This document shows, piece after piece, positions 1-13,201 of a stretch of DNA of 64,000 nucleotides. The stretch comes from Massalongia carnosa (lineage: Eukaryota). A model generated the notes under the pieces. The model worked only from the letters and a program-made list of their open reading frames with translations. It made no database searches and was not told the origin of the DNA. The position numbers and the translations under genes are program-made. The stretch spans positions 310,001-374,000 of the forward strand of contig OZ287067.1 of the NCBI GenBank assembly GCA_965645245.1. Reading direction: 5' to 3'. The stretch's first letter is position 1; each line of letters opens with the position of its first letter.

Positions 1-3000
1 GTGCTGGCATAAAGGATATGATAATAGTAAAGAAATCATCTGCTATAATGGGTTATCCCAAGGAACGCACCGCACATCTTGATACTGACCATCGTGGAGT
101 TTGCAAATTTGACTCACCGTTAGACGCCAATTTCGTTACGGTCAAAAACGCATTGATAGAAACACTTGACCAGATCAGGCAAACCTGTATGTCTCCTATA
201 TTTAGTTAGTTAACTTCTCTCACATTTCTAGGGGACATTTCAAATCATGAGCAGTTGAGGAAACAAAAGCGTCGACTAAGGAGTTTTCTTTGTATCTCTG
301 ATCAGTTGGAAGATAACAATGTTGACCTTGACGAAAATAGGGCAGAGGGATCATGTGAATGGCTCGTTCAAAAGCCCAACTTTCGTCACTGGCGCGATTC
401 TAGCTCAACCCAAATCTTCTGGTTAAATGGTAACCCGGCAACCGGCAAATCCTTCTTAGCAAACTATGTTGTTGGACACCTCGAAGATCTAAATTATGAC
501 TGCAGCTACTATTTTTTCAAAGAAGGCGACAAAACAAAATCATCTCTTAGCAAGTGTTTTCTATCACTTGCGTATCAAATGGCATTCTCTAATGCCGCTA
601 TTCGGGAGACATTCCTTGAAATGCAAGACGATGATGTCAGGATCGACGAAGAAAATCATCAATCTATTTGGCGGAAGCTATTTATAGGCGGCATTCTGCA
701 ACTAAAGCTCTATAAAACCCACTACTGGGTACTAGATGCTATTGATGAATGCAAAAAGTCTATTGACTTACTCCCACTTATCTCAAAGACTAGTTCTTCT
801 TTCCCTTTACGAATTTTTCTAACCTCTAGGCCCAATCTAGAGCTGCAATGTCAGTTGCAACCCTTAGATCCGCCTGTGGAGATTCAACAAGTGTTACCTG
901 AGCACACCTTGAATGACATCATGCTTTATGTGGAGCAGCACACAGATTTCCCTTCTATGCAGGAGCTTAGAACTCGACAGCATCTTGTCGCCGCTATCCT
1001 CGACAAATCAGAGGGGTGTTTTTTATGGGTGAGATTAGTCCTCAAAGAACTGAGAAAAGTTCATAGCGAAACAGCAACCCGGAGAATCTTAGAAGATGTT
1101 CCCCAAGGCATGGACAAATTGTATGTTAGGACTTTGGCGAACATGTCTAAGGAATCATATGGAAAGCCGCTGGCAAAGGCAATCCTAATGTGGGTAGTCT
1201 GTTCTGTGCGTCCGCTTCTTACTACAGAGCTTAGGCACGCTATACAGATCAATATTGGAGACAACGTGTATAATCTGGAAAACCAAATAGCATGCCTCTG
1301 TGGTAATCTAGTTTACGTCGATTCGCATCTCCGCATTAAAATGATTCATCAAACAGCGCGCAACCACTTGTTAAGCCTAGATAATGACTCCGAGTTTGCA
1401 TTTCGGGAAAAAGATGGTCATCGACAACTGGGCTTGACATGCCTTAAATATCTTATGAGTGACGAAATGAAAGCGCCGCGTTTACGAAGACCGAGTGTTG
1501 CTCAGTCAGTTACTCAGCGTTCATCATTCCTCGATTACGCTGCCAATTCGTTCTATGAACACGTTGATCAGGCGAGCTCTACTGATACTGAGTTGCTAAA
1601 CCATCTTTATTCGTTTTTAAGTACTTCAAATGGTAACGTGCAGTCATGGATCGAATACGTTGCAAGAGGCGGAGATCTCAACCATTTGACCCAAACAGGA
1701 ATGATCCTACGAACCTACCTAAGACGAAGGGCTAAACACTTATTATCTCTTGGAAAGGAACTGGAAACCATTGATTCATGGAGTACAGATCTAATTCGAA
1801 TTGTTCCAAAGTTCGGCCGCAATCTTCTCAGGTTTCCGCCTTCCATATACCATATCATTCCTTCGTTCTGTCCCCGAGAGTCGATTCTCTATCAGCAATT
1901 TAATAAATCAGCTAGAGGAATATTGGTGATGGGACTCACATCGACGACCTGGAATGATCATCTGGCTTGCATTTTTTATGGAAACAACACGACCACCGCT
2001 GTAGCGTGCAGTGGCAGCCATTTCGCAATCGGTGCTTCAAACAAAATTATCCGATTGTATCAGACTAGTACATGTCAAGAGTTTAGAAATTTAGAACATG
2101 GGGAACCGGTTAAAAGCCTAGAATTTAACAATTCTGGCCAGTTGCTGGTTTCCGCTGGGCGAAAACTTGTTCTAGTCTGGGATGTTGCCTCTAGAGAATT
2201 AGTGCAGCAATTCAGAACCTCTCGCCCATGTATAACTATGACTTTGACATCTGATAACAAGACGTTGATATTGGCATGTCTCGACAATCAACTCAACTTT
2301 TATGACCTAGTCAATGGGACTTGCTCTGCTAGGGAACAGTGGTACGTGGACAATAGTCATTCCAAAAGTATATATAGAACACCAGTAACCGCTGCATTTT
2401 CCTTGGATCACAAACTTTTGGCGGTTGTATATAGGGGGAGTCACATTTGTCTTTGGAACTGGGACTATGGCTCTTTTTCTGGGTTCTGCAAAAAGCCATC
2501 GGTCACAAAGGAGGCACTCCCGTTCCATGCTAGTTCCCTGGTGTTTAGCCCAGCTCCAAACACCGATTCACTAGCGGCAGCCTATGAAGGAGGAGAGCTG
2601 ATTGTCTTCAACCCGGTGGAAGGAGACATCAAAGCAACCTATAAGTCATATGCTGACGCACAGACTCTCGCCTGCTCGCAAGACGGGAGAACTCTCATTA
2701 GCGGAGACTCATCCGGCACTATTAGGATCTTTGATTTCGAATTTTTTGATTCCCAAAACCTAAAGCTCTTATATGTCATCCATGGACGAGGTGATAACAT
2801 TATAGCGTTGGCTTTCTGCGGCGACAATCTAAGGTTTGTGGACATTAGAGGTCCGCAAAGTAATGTTTGGGAACCCGCTGTGTTAGTGAGGCAGGATGTC
2901 GGTGAAGGAACGAGTGACGTCATATCTATTGGACTGCAAGAGACTCCGATGCCAACAAGCGTCGACGTTATTAGTGCAATTGCTCTTGAACCTGAGGGAA

Positions 3001-3980
3001 ACTTTATCTTTTGTGGCACCGAGGAGGGCTTAATCAACATATACAAGACCGAAACGGGCAGAGTAAGCCAAACGCTTTATAGACATAGCAGCGGCGTTTC
3101 TATTACGATTTTAGTTTTCGATGGGAATAAACAAATTGTAGCAAGCGCTGACTCATCCAGCAAGATTCTCGTCCATCAACTATGCTTGGAATCTTCCACA
3201 TGGAAAACCAAATCTGTTCTCCTTGAACATCGTATGGAAGAATCTATCGAGCAGCTACTTTTTAATCCGGAAAGCACAAAGATCCTAATTGCGACAACAA
3301 CGAGTGACATACTTTGCGCGTTAGACAGCGGTGCAAAAAAATCTATCTTGTGGACTACCCGAAACGCTGGGATTTGGACCAATCATCCTCAACAACCAAC
3401 ACAGCTACTTCTCATCCTTAGCAAAACTATTCGGATATATGACTGGGAAGGCTTAAAGGAATTGACGGCAGGATCTGGTATTGGGTTGGAATTTGAAATT
3501 CCTATGAATTTTGAGATTCGAACCTCATACTCCGGCTGGCACGGCCGTATAATTGTAACCGAGTACTCAGAGCGCAGTCGCAACCGCAGCCGTTCTCCCA
3601 TTCGCCTACTGTTTTGGAGCACTGCGAACCTTGTGTTCTCCAAGACCTCTGTATCTCCGCATATGAGTCTACAACCTATAGGTAATAGACTCACGTACCT
3701 AATCGGGACATTTGGCACAATAATTGCGATGACAACCAACACCCTCCTCTTCCTAGATCGCGAAGGTTGGATATGCTCCGTGGACATCGATGATACCACA
3801 CCTGAGTACTATAAAAGACATTTCTTCTTACCTGACGATTGGTTAAGCACAAATGATAAGCTTATCTTCGGCTTTACAGTCAAACAAGACATAGTATTTT
3901 GCAAAATTGATGAGATTGCGATTATCAAAAGAGGTTTAGATGACATGGAAATGATATTATTCGAATCTAAAGAGCAGTAA
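1..3980 (+). CDS. Fungal NLR-like protein: C-terminal end of a probable alpha/beta-hydrolase (SesB-like) effector domain, then NACHT NTPase and WD40 repeats; 5' end lies outside the window
   Basis: Walker A GNPATGKS and Walker B WVLDAIDEC; NACHT-associated CFLWV and RPL..ELRHA; several degenerate WD repeats in the C-terminal half. The upstream exon (HLDTDHRGVCKF) joins in frame through intron 187-231 (GTATGT...TAG, split codon T|GG). Confidence 0.9.
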
Positions 3981-4805
3981 GCTTCGATAAAAACATAATA
4001 TTGACAGAGAATCTGCAGTTATACGTTGACAAAATGATTTCGATAAATTGATCTCGATTAATTACAGGCGGTGGAAAATATAATTTCGGATTTAAAGCTG
4101 TAAGCACCATATTATCTGGCAGATAAAAACCCCCAATAGTTAAAAAACCCCCTCGGTCATAAAACACCGTTCTGATTGGTCAAATTCTACCATGGGGGGT
4201 GGTTGGTCCATAAAACCCGGTCCTTTCTAGTTCCAAGAACAAGTACATGAATTTGTATACAATTTTCACCCAAATCTATGTATCTTTTCTTGGAAGTCAG
4301 TTTGATCCAAGAATCAATCCTCATCTGTATTTATTTCATCATTCTTCTGATTTTCAATTTCATCATCATCAAGAAGAAGATTCAGATTATTCATTATCTT
4401 TTAATTCTCTCTTCATTACGTACTCTATATTGTCATAAACGTTGTGGAAGGATGAACTGGGTGGTGTGCGTTAACCACTACTGCTAGGTGTAACGGTTCG
4501 ACCAAGTGTGGTGCGGACGGCAGGACCTATAGCGAACATAGCAGGAGTCCCAGTTATAGCAGAATAGAGCTTGGTCTGCGGACTAAGTATTGTGCCTTTT
4601 GGTCGGGAAGGACAGGTGGCGCAATGGTAGAAATCTATTCACTATCTCGCTTCGTCACACTAGGAGTGCAAGAGAACAAACAAACAAGAGAAGAACAGAA
4701 CAATAGAATATAAACAATAGCTAGACTGATCACTGTATACCTCGCGCCTCGTGCCTCAAGCCTCGTGCCTCGTGCCTGTAAACTGTATGTGTTGATGCTA
4801 TGTGT

Positions 4806-5066
4806 TGTTAGATGAGACAGCCATCCTATGTGCCGTGCCAGACGGCAACATAACGGCTTGGGAATAACGTCTCAAGTGATCCGCACACGGCTAGGTAATG
4901 AGGTGGTACGGCAGGGAGATTCAAGGCAAACCTGCCCTGCCGCTGTGCCTGCTCTCTATCTTATTCATCTCTCATCTATCTAGCTATATAAACATAGTAG
5001 ATAGCCACCTAGATAGAATAATCAATCCTTCCCACACATACTATTACCTACCTATTTAACTCAACA
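4806..5066 (+). repeat. Copia 5' LTR
   Basis: Identical by manual comparison to 9492-9752; TATATAAA inside. Confidence 0.97.
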
Positions 5067-5196
5067 GGTTCTGAGCCCGGCTGCACTTAACTGCACCCTT
5101 TTAAAATAGTATCGATTGATTCCCTATCTCTCCTCCTTTATATCAAAACTTCCATTCCAATTCTCTCTCCATTCGCTTTTCTCCCCTTGCTCCAAG

Positions 5197-8100
5197 ATGG
5201 CAAAGGAAGACCTCCCCTACACTTTCCCCAAGCTAAACGGCAGCACCAACTATAAGCAATGGGCTCGCGATATGTCGTTCGCCCTCAGCGAAGCCGAGCT
5301 GCTGGGATATATAACGGGAGATAGGATCAAGCCAGAGATAATGATACCAACGGACAAAGATGACGACGTCCGCATTCGGGAAATCAGGCAGAACAGCCTT
5401 GATTTGATGGAGTTTAAGGAGAAAGAACAAAGAGTGGTAGGCAAAATAGGGAGAATGTGCTCCAAGGATGTGCAGTCTGAATTCCTCTCTATTTTGGGAA
5501 ATATAACCATCATAGTCCCCCAAAAGCTCTGGAAACATCTGGCGGCACGTTACACCCTACAGAATTGGAGCTCGAAGTGGGCTACTTTCAACAGGTTAGA
5601 TGAGATTCACTATGAGAAGTGCAAGTCCATCGAAGAATATGGTGCCCTGATAGAGGAGATCGAGGCCGAGATGATAGATAGTGTCCTCACCATCAAACAG
5701 ATGATCGTTCTCAAAATGTTGAACGGACTCGGATCCAGCTTCTCCCCCTATCTCACCATCATCAACGAACATGCTCGCCGGGACAAGGAGCTCCCTGACA
5801 AAAGCAGCCTTCTTAAAAACCTGGCAGATGAAGAATCTCGGACGAAGACTACCACCGAAGCTACTGCCAACTTCGTAAAGAAGAAAGGAAAAGGTAAGGT
5901 CACCGATACAAAATTAGATGATAAAGATAAGTGTCATCGGTGTGGAAACAACCATTCCGATACGTGCAAATTCATCAAAACGAAGTGCACCGGATGTGGA
6001 AAAATAGGGCATATTGAAAGAGCTTGCAATAGCAAAAGGGGAAAGGAGAAAGACGATGACTCGGATGTCGAAAGGAAGAAAATCTTCTGCGTACTCACCA
6101 CTCATTCTCCTCCTTCAACAGACTCCTTTGTCTTCCCTGACACCGCTGAAGAGGATGGCTCTAATATCAAGCACCCCGAAACCAATATTAACAAGACTTT
6201 CCCGACAAGGAAATTTCTCTGCACCATCAACCGCTCCATCCCCATCTCTAAACCAGTAGATTTATTGATAGATTCTGGTGCTACTGACCATGCTCTTTGC
6301 AACAAAGACCTTTTCGAACCCGGATCCTATCGCATTATGCCAAATAAACTGGAAACAGGCGCCGGAGAGGTGCTGAAAACAGAAGGAAGAGGATCTTTGT
6401 CTTTATTCTTAAGAACGAAACAGGAGGTGTTCGAGAGTTTGTTCTAACAGACGTTCTGTACACTCCTGACCTGAACTTCAATCTCATCAGCACTGCTAGG
6501 CTAGCACAAAAGGGAGTGGAAATCTTCCTTCGAAAGGCGGGGGAACTCTCCAAAATCTATTACGAAGAGGAGGTAATTGGCCACGCCAAACTGATCAATA
6601 ACCAGAGCCTCAATCATCGGTCCCGTTCCGGAAGAAATCTGCGGAGATTGCATGGTTGGAAGGCAACAAAGGCTGGTAAACAGGAGCCCAAGATCTCGAG
6701 CTCCAGAATTCCTGGGAATCATTCATACAGATCTTGGAGGCCCTTACACACCAACCAGGTACGGTGAGAGATATTTCATGACCCTAAAGGATGACGCAAC
6801 GGGCGTCGTATGGGTATTTCTGTTGAAGACCAAAGGCCAAACATTTGACAAGTTCAAACAGTTCAAGGCCTGGATAGAGAAGCAATCTGGCCAGAAGATC
6901 AAACACGTCAGAGGAGATGGAGGGGGAGAGTATGTAAACACAGAGCTACTAACCTTTTTTAAAGAAGAAGGAATTCAATGGGAGGCCAGAGCTCCATATG
7001 TGCCCGAACAAAATGGGAGAGCCGAACGGCAAAAGTCCACCCTGATGGCACCAACGAGGAGCTGGCTCAAAGCCAAAAGGCTCCCAAAATCACTCTGGGG
7101 CGAGGTAATCAAAACCTCTGCCTACATCAAGAATTGATGTCCCGGCGTCGATGAAATCACACCATATGAGCGCCTCAATAAGGAGAAGCCTACCTTAAGC
7201 CACTTAAGGATCATAGGTTCGAGGACGTGGGTGCATATTCCCAAGGAAAAAAGGACCAAATTGGATGATAGATCTTGGCAAGGGATCTTTGTTGGATACG
7301 ATGGAACGAATCAGTTTCGAATCTATGACCCTCGCACCGGAAAAGTCCACATCTCTCGTGATGTACAAGTAGATGAGCTGAACACCTATGATTCCAAAGA
7401 GACGAAGGACTGGGACCTAGCTGATGTAGCATGGGATGAAGATGATGATGCTTATTTTCAAGATCCAGATGACTTTGAAGATCTGAAACATAAAAATAGC
7501 ACTCCGCTGTATCCGGCATCAAATTCCCTTAGTTCATTGAACAGCCAACAACGATTATCGCTAACGACACCTCACAATGAGTCTTATCCAATGGGAGAAA
7601 CAGCTCCGGAGGTAGCCAATGATGATACCAATCATCGAGACCAGGAATCTGAAGAATCTGACCCAGATCAGCCTTCAATTCCCGCACCAAGGAGATCCGG
7701 AAGGTTACGAAATCCTTCCAAACCTGCAGCAGACACTATTCGGTACGATATATCGAGGAAATCGCTGCCAAAAGTGGCCAACGACGGCCATTTGGTAAAA
7801 AAAAGTTACCACATTTACCAGCACCCAGACCCCTAAATCCCACGAGCATATGGTAAGAGTTCTAGCTCTACTAGCTAGAGGATCGGAGACTGCTGGGCAG
7901 GATGAACCTGCAACATTGAGAGAGGCTATGGCCTCCCCCCACTGGGATGAATGGAGAAAAGCTATGGAAGCTGAGTACCAATCCCTGATGGATAACGAAA
8001 CTTGGACTTTAACCGATGCTCCAACGGATAGGAAAACTATCACAGGACGGTGGGTTTTCAAGCTGAAAAAGGATAGAAATGGAGATATATTGAAGTATAA

Positions 8101-9463
8101 AGCAAGATGGGTAGTCCATGGATATAAGCAAAAAGAAGGCCTAGATTACCTAGACACCTTTGCCACCGTGGTAAAACCTATCTCCTATAAGACACTGATA
8201 GGAATCAGTGCTAAAAGGGGTCTCTCCATTCGACACATGGATGTTGTGACTGCCTTCCTATACGGATATCTCGATGAAGAGATATATATCATCCAACCAA
8301 CCCTGTTCGAAGTAGCAGGGGGAGAGCAGAAGGTCTGCTTGTTGCGAAAGGCTCTATATGGGCTAAAGCAATCTCCTCGTGTTTGGTATCAAACCCTATT
8401 GGATTTTCTCCAGAAGATAGGGTTCAAACACACCGAATCAGATCATGGAGGGTTTTTTTCCAAAGACATGTTTATTGCCATCTATGTGGATGATCTTCTC
8501 ATCATGGGCAAAGACACTTTGAAACTGCAGCAACTCCAAGCTGAATTGAAGTCGCGATTCCAGATGACGGATCTGGGAGAAGTATCGCACTATTTAGGCA
8601 TCGAGGTAGACATTAGCAAAGATAGGTCTACTATCGCACTCCGCCAAACAACTTATCTAAAGAAAATCCTCGAACGGTTTAACATGGCTAATTGCAAGCC
8701 TATTTCAACCCCCATGGAGCCTGGAATCGGAAACATTCTCATGCCATCCGAAGACCAGGCTGATAAAGAGACTATATCATGGTATCAGTCTCTGGTAGGG
8801 TCTCTCATGTGGCCCGCCATGCATACAAGGCCTGATATAGCCTATGCAATGGGAGTTCTAAGCAGATATTGCTCCAATCCAGGTGCTGATCACTGCAACC
8901 ACCTACAGAGAGTGCTACGATATATTTCGGGCACCCTAACAAGAGGTCTGATTTTCCGGAGAGATTCTGACGAGGATATAACCGGCTATTCTGACTCGGA
9001 CTTCGCTGGCCTAAAGGATGGGAGAAGATCTACCGGTGGGTATGTTTTCATGTTAGCAGGTGCTCCGATATCTCATTCATCAAAACTACAACCTACGGTG
9101 GCGCTATCATCTTGCGAAGCAGAATACATGGCATTAACGGAGGCTACCAAGGAAGCTCTATGGTGCTCTCGTTTTCTCAACGAACTGGGATTTCGGGAGG
9201 CCAATTTACCAATTCTACTGCGAGGAGATAACCAAGGTGCTATAGCTCTCACCGAAAATCCTGAATTCCACCGAAGAACCAAACATATCGAAATATAGTG
9301 GCACTGGATAAGAGACGTAGTCAAAGAGGGAAAGGTCAAAATAGAGTATATCCGTACTAACGAAATGGTAGCAGATGGGCTGACTAAGCCACTGCCCTCT
9401 AAGACTTTCAACTCTTTCGTAAACATGATGGGTATGGGGCAAATCACTAATAAAAATCTCTAA
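5197..9463 (+). pseudogene. Copia gag-pol, disrupted
   Basis: Zinc knuckle CTGCGKIGHIERAC, protease LIDSGATDH, integrase HTDLGGP...NGRAER, RT YKARWVVHG / LYGLKQS / YVDD, RNase H YSDSDF...TKHIEI...ADGLTKPL. Frameshift ~6405, deletion plus frameshift ~6605, premature stops at 7135, 7834 and 9296. Confidence 0.95.
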
Positions 9464-9491
9464 ATAGCCTCACTGAATGGCTGAATGGGAG

Positions 9492-9752
9492 TGTTAGATG
9501 AGACAGCCATCCTATGTGCCGTGCCAGACGGCAACATAACGGCTTGGGAATAACGTCTCAAGTGATCCGCACACGGCTAGGTAATGAGGTGGTACGGCAG
9601 GGAGATTCAAGGCAAACCTGCCCTGCCGCTGTGCCTGCTCTCTATCTTATTCATCTCTCATCTATCTAGCTATATAAACATAGTAGATAGCCACCTAGAT
9701 AGAATAATCAATCCTTCCCACACATACTATTACCTACCTATTTAACTCAACA
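9492..9752 (+). repeat. Copia 3' LTR
   Basis: Identical to the 5' LTR; followed by TSD TGTGT. Confidence 0.97.
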
Positions 9753-10109
9753 TGTGTTGTAGCTATTGCTACGAGCATGCTTTCTCTAAAAGGAAAAGAA
9801 CTATCTATAACTAAACTAAAAGAAAGACTGTCACCTGACTTTCCCGCTACCTGTCACGGTAGGAGTCCAATGATCCTATCCATGTGGTGGAACAGTGTTA
9901 CGCTATCGACTATACTACATGATAATCTGACGAAACGAACACAAGGAGGAAAACAGTAATCGTCGGCTCGCTTAGCTCCGTGGATCCGACTAAAATGCGA
10001 AAGCATTTTAGTCGGGGAAAGCGGTGCATCCCGGAAAGCGGTGCATCCAGCCAAAATCATCAAATTTTCATCTTTTTCACCTTTTACCCTCAATCATCTG
10101 GGTTAATCA

Positions 10110-12674
10110 TTAGCTAACGTCATACAAAGCTTGAAAAACAGTGTCATCATCATAACCATCATCAAAATCATCCCCTCGACCCCCCTGATCCCTTCGATCC
10201 CCCCGATTCTTCCGGTTCCCCCCATACCCCGCATTCTCCTCATCCTCTTCATCTATGAAAGATACGAAATCACTTTGCATCTCGATGGAGCCCCCGAAAT
10301 CTCTCTGCATCCATGATTCTTCATCTACTACAATCGCGGTTTCTTCCTCATCAATCGTAGCATTGACACGTGGATTTTTTCTGGCTTCTTTCTTCGCTTC
10401 CTCAGCTATCCACACCTCATTCGTCGCTTTCCATAAGGCCTCGGGGTCAGAAATTGCTTCATACAACTCAATTGGTATGGGATTGAGGGTTTTGGTCATT
10501 TCTTTTAATCGTTTGACTCGATCCCTTTCTGCTTTTCGAGCAGCCATTCCCTTGACGTGAATTTCGTCTCTTTCCATTCTCCATATCTTCATAAACTTAT
10601 TGTCCACTCGTTTCTTTTCAGCCTTTTTTTCGTGTTGTAGCTTCATGGTTAAGGCATGCTCCGCATCTTCCTTAGTCAGTCCCAATTTTCCTGATTCAGG
10701 TCTCAGTCGTTTGCGAGAAAATTTTCTACTGTTTAACTGTTGCATTCGTGTCTGTTGCCACATTTTCAGCTCCGTTTCCTTGAGAATCGAGTTCGAAATA
10801 ACTTCTTTTGCATTGATAACGAATGAGTCAAATTCCTCAGCCCGGATGGGGTCACTCCATTGCATAGATTCCTGAATTTTTGGTCCCCATTGATGATCCA
10901 ATCCATATTCTATGTCGGCTATTTCCCTTGGTTGGATTTGACGAGGTAGGGGGGGTAATGGGAGCTGATTATCATTATTCGTCTCGGTCAGAATCTCAGT
11001 CAGATTGTTTGGATCGTTGGGATTCAATGTTTTCAGCTGTTGAATGCATGCTTTTGGATTAACAGGCCACATGCCCGACTTTTCAAAGGCATGTCGAATA
11101 GTGGATGGTGTCACGGACAAGGTCCAGATAGGGAGATATACAAGAGTTACTATTTAGAAAGCTAGGTCTAGGGATAGTATACAACACGTCCGACGAAGAG
11201 CTCCAAACACCTGAGAAACCACATAGGTTTTATAGCCATGGCTTCCAACTCCCCTATTCTTGACTTGCCCTCATCTCTGTTCCTGTTCTAATTTCCTAAC
11301 CATGATCGCTTTGACCTGTTCCGCCTTTCTCCATGCCGAAGCAATCTCTCTCTGCTGGGCAATCCCAGTCGTAGGCTTGGATAGTGGAGACGTTGAGATT
11401 GGATTCGGGATATAGGAGTTTGGGAGTGCACTGAAGGCAGCGGAAGAACGTCTGAACACATGGGGCGAGGTTTCAGGATAGTTCGGAATAACGGGCCACG
11501 GTTCTATTCAACATGCAGGGCAGGTTTCACGGCAAGAGAGCCTGTTAAATACTAACCCGATCAGGAAACGTGGGAGGGTGCGAGGTAATTCCATGACAGA
11601 TGGTTTGAAGATATTATTCCTGATTTTGACCAAATCCTTCAGGAATTGCGTCAGGGAATACTCAATAAATGACTCCGATATAGTCTCTTGAATAGCCACA
11701 TTATGCCAATGCTTATAGGGCTGAAATACACCCACATCCAATGGCTGCATACAGTGGGTTAAATGCGGAATTAGTGGATAAGGACGAATGTGATTTTCAT
11801 TTGCCAAAGCAACAAATTCAGGAGTAATATGACTGCCGTGATTATCCATAAGCAACAATTTCCAATCCGCATTCGGTCCTGCATCTGAATTCTTGATAAG
11901 ATGCTTCAGATATTAAACTGCTATCTTATCAGATGTAAATCCACTGTCCGAAGGCACGATATGCGTGCCCTGTGGCAGATCATCCGAAAACCATATGGCC
12001 ATGATGTCATGACCTTGTATGATGACCATTGGAGGGGGGGGATAGTCGCCGGCAGCATTGATTGTCTCGATAATCGTCGCCGATCTACGGTTTTCCGGGC
12101 TGACCGCGTAGAATTGTTTAATTTCCATGGGAACAAGAATTTCCTGTCCCCTCATGCACCCAATGCGCAAGCCAGCTTCATCAAAATTCAGAATATTTCG
12201 TCTTTTTCGAATATTCAGTGTTTTCAATGCATGCCTATAATCAGCAAACCATCTGGTCATATCCGATTCCTGAGCGGCTTCAAATCGGATCATGGATAAT
12301 GGTTTTGTCTTGATTTTATGCAAATTGCTACGCTTCCACCAATCCCGAAACCATCGTCTTGACGGCCCTACATCGAGGCGATTATGAGCTTTTTTCAAGC
12401 TTACAATGACATTAAAAACGATTTGATGCGTATGTGGAATTCCATGCACCAACAAAGATTGAATAAAACTATTGATAGCCTTTGTTTCCTGATCTCTCAA
12501 TATTTGATTTTGTCCTCCATTTTTCACTCCCGAACAACGAAGAATGGAAGAAGTCAACGTTTTAACGCTGACGTTGAAAAGTCTAGATGCAGTCATCTTG
12601 GTTTCTTTAGGATTTGTCTTCAGAAATTGCTTCGCTTCCTCCATGGGATTGAGAATGGGGGCGTTACTATCCAT
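10110..12674 (-). pseudogene. pogo/Fot1 transposase with one in-frame stop and a solo-LTR insertion
   Basis: Motifs NFDEAG, LLMDNHGSH, THCMQPLDVGVFQPYK. Stop TAA at 11913. Removing 11109-11603 restores the frame (NNIFKPSTIRHAF). Confidence 0.93.
11109..11598. mobile_element. Solo LTR (490 bp) inserted in the pogo transposase
   Basis: TGTCACG...CATGACA termini; 5-bp TSD GATGG at 11104-11108 and 11599-11603; no internal retroelement coding sequence. Confidence 0.92.
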
Positions 12675-13201
12675 GGAGTGGGTTAAGAATGATAGATAAA
12701 AAGGATGATTGAGGACGTATAGAAAAGCTGAATATGCGACAATCCGATGAAATAACTAGTTATTTTAGGAATAAATGCTGGGAAGGCTATACTTATCAAT
12801 ATGAGGTGATTAAATCGTCAATAATCAAGGTAGTTATTCAGATGATTGAGGGTAAAAGGTGAAAAAGATGATGATTTTGGCTGGATGCACCGCTTTCCGG
12901 GATGCACCGCTTTCCCCGACTAAAATGCTTTCGCATTTTAGTCGGATCCACGGAGCTAAGCGAGCCGACGATTAACAGCTAGCAGAGATGTCCTTTAACT
13001 CCTGAAAAGGGACACTAAACCCAACTCGGTAAGCTCGCAGTCTAACCACAACGATCATCCGCCGGCGCTAAACCTTAAAGTCCATCTAAGGGCAGCCGTC
13101 TGTTCAATGAACCTCCACGTCTCATGTTCACTGAAACGGGGAGACCTTCTCCCAGCAAGCATTCACTACTGGAAGATGGGATCCACAGGGGCTACACAAC
13201 G

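Larger units (their letters stand above)
4806..9752 (+). mobile_element. Ty1/Copia LTR retrotransposon with both LTRs but defective coding sequence
   Basis: 261-bp LTRs at 4806-5066 and 9492-9752 (TG...CA); 5-bp TSD TGTGT at 4801-4805 and 9753-9757; PBS-like GGTTCTGAGCCC after the 5' LTR; purine-rich tract before the 3' LTR; domain order gag-PR-IN-RT-RH. Confidence 0.97.
9959..12972 (-). mobile_element. pogo/Fot1-family DNA transposon
   Basis: TIRs 9959-10100 and 12839-12972 match except for an 8-nt indel; TA TSD at 9957-9958 and 12973-12974; DDE-type transposase inside. Confidence 0.95.

Noticed and set aside
9925..9958. Hammerhead-like CTGACGA...GAAA core in the Tc1 arm
   Set aside because: No stem II or flanking helices can form.
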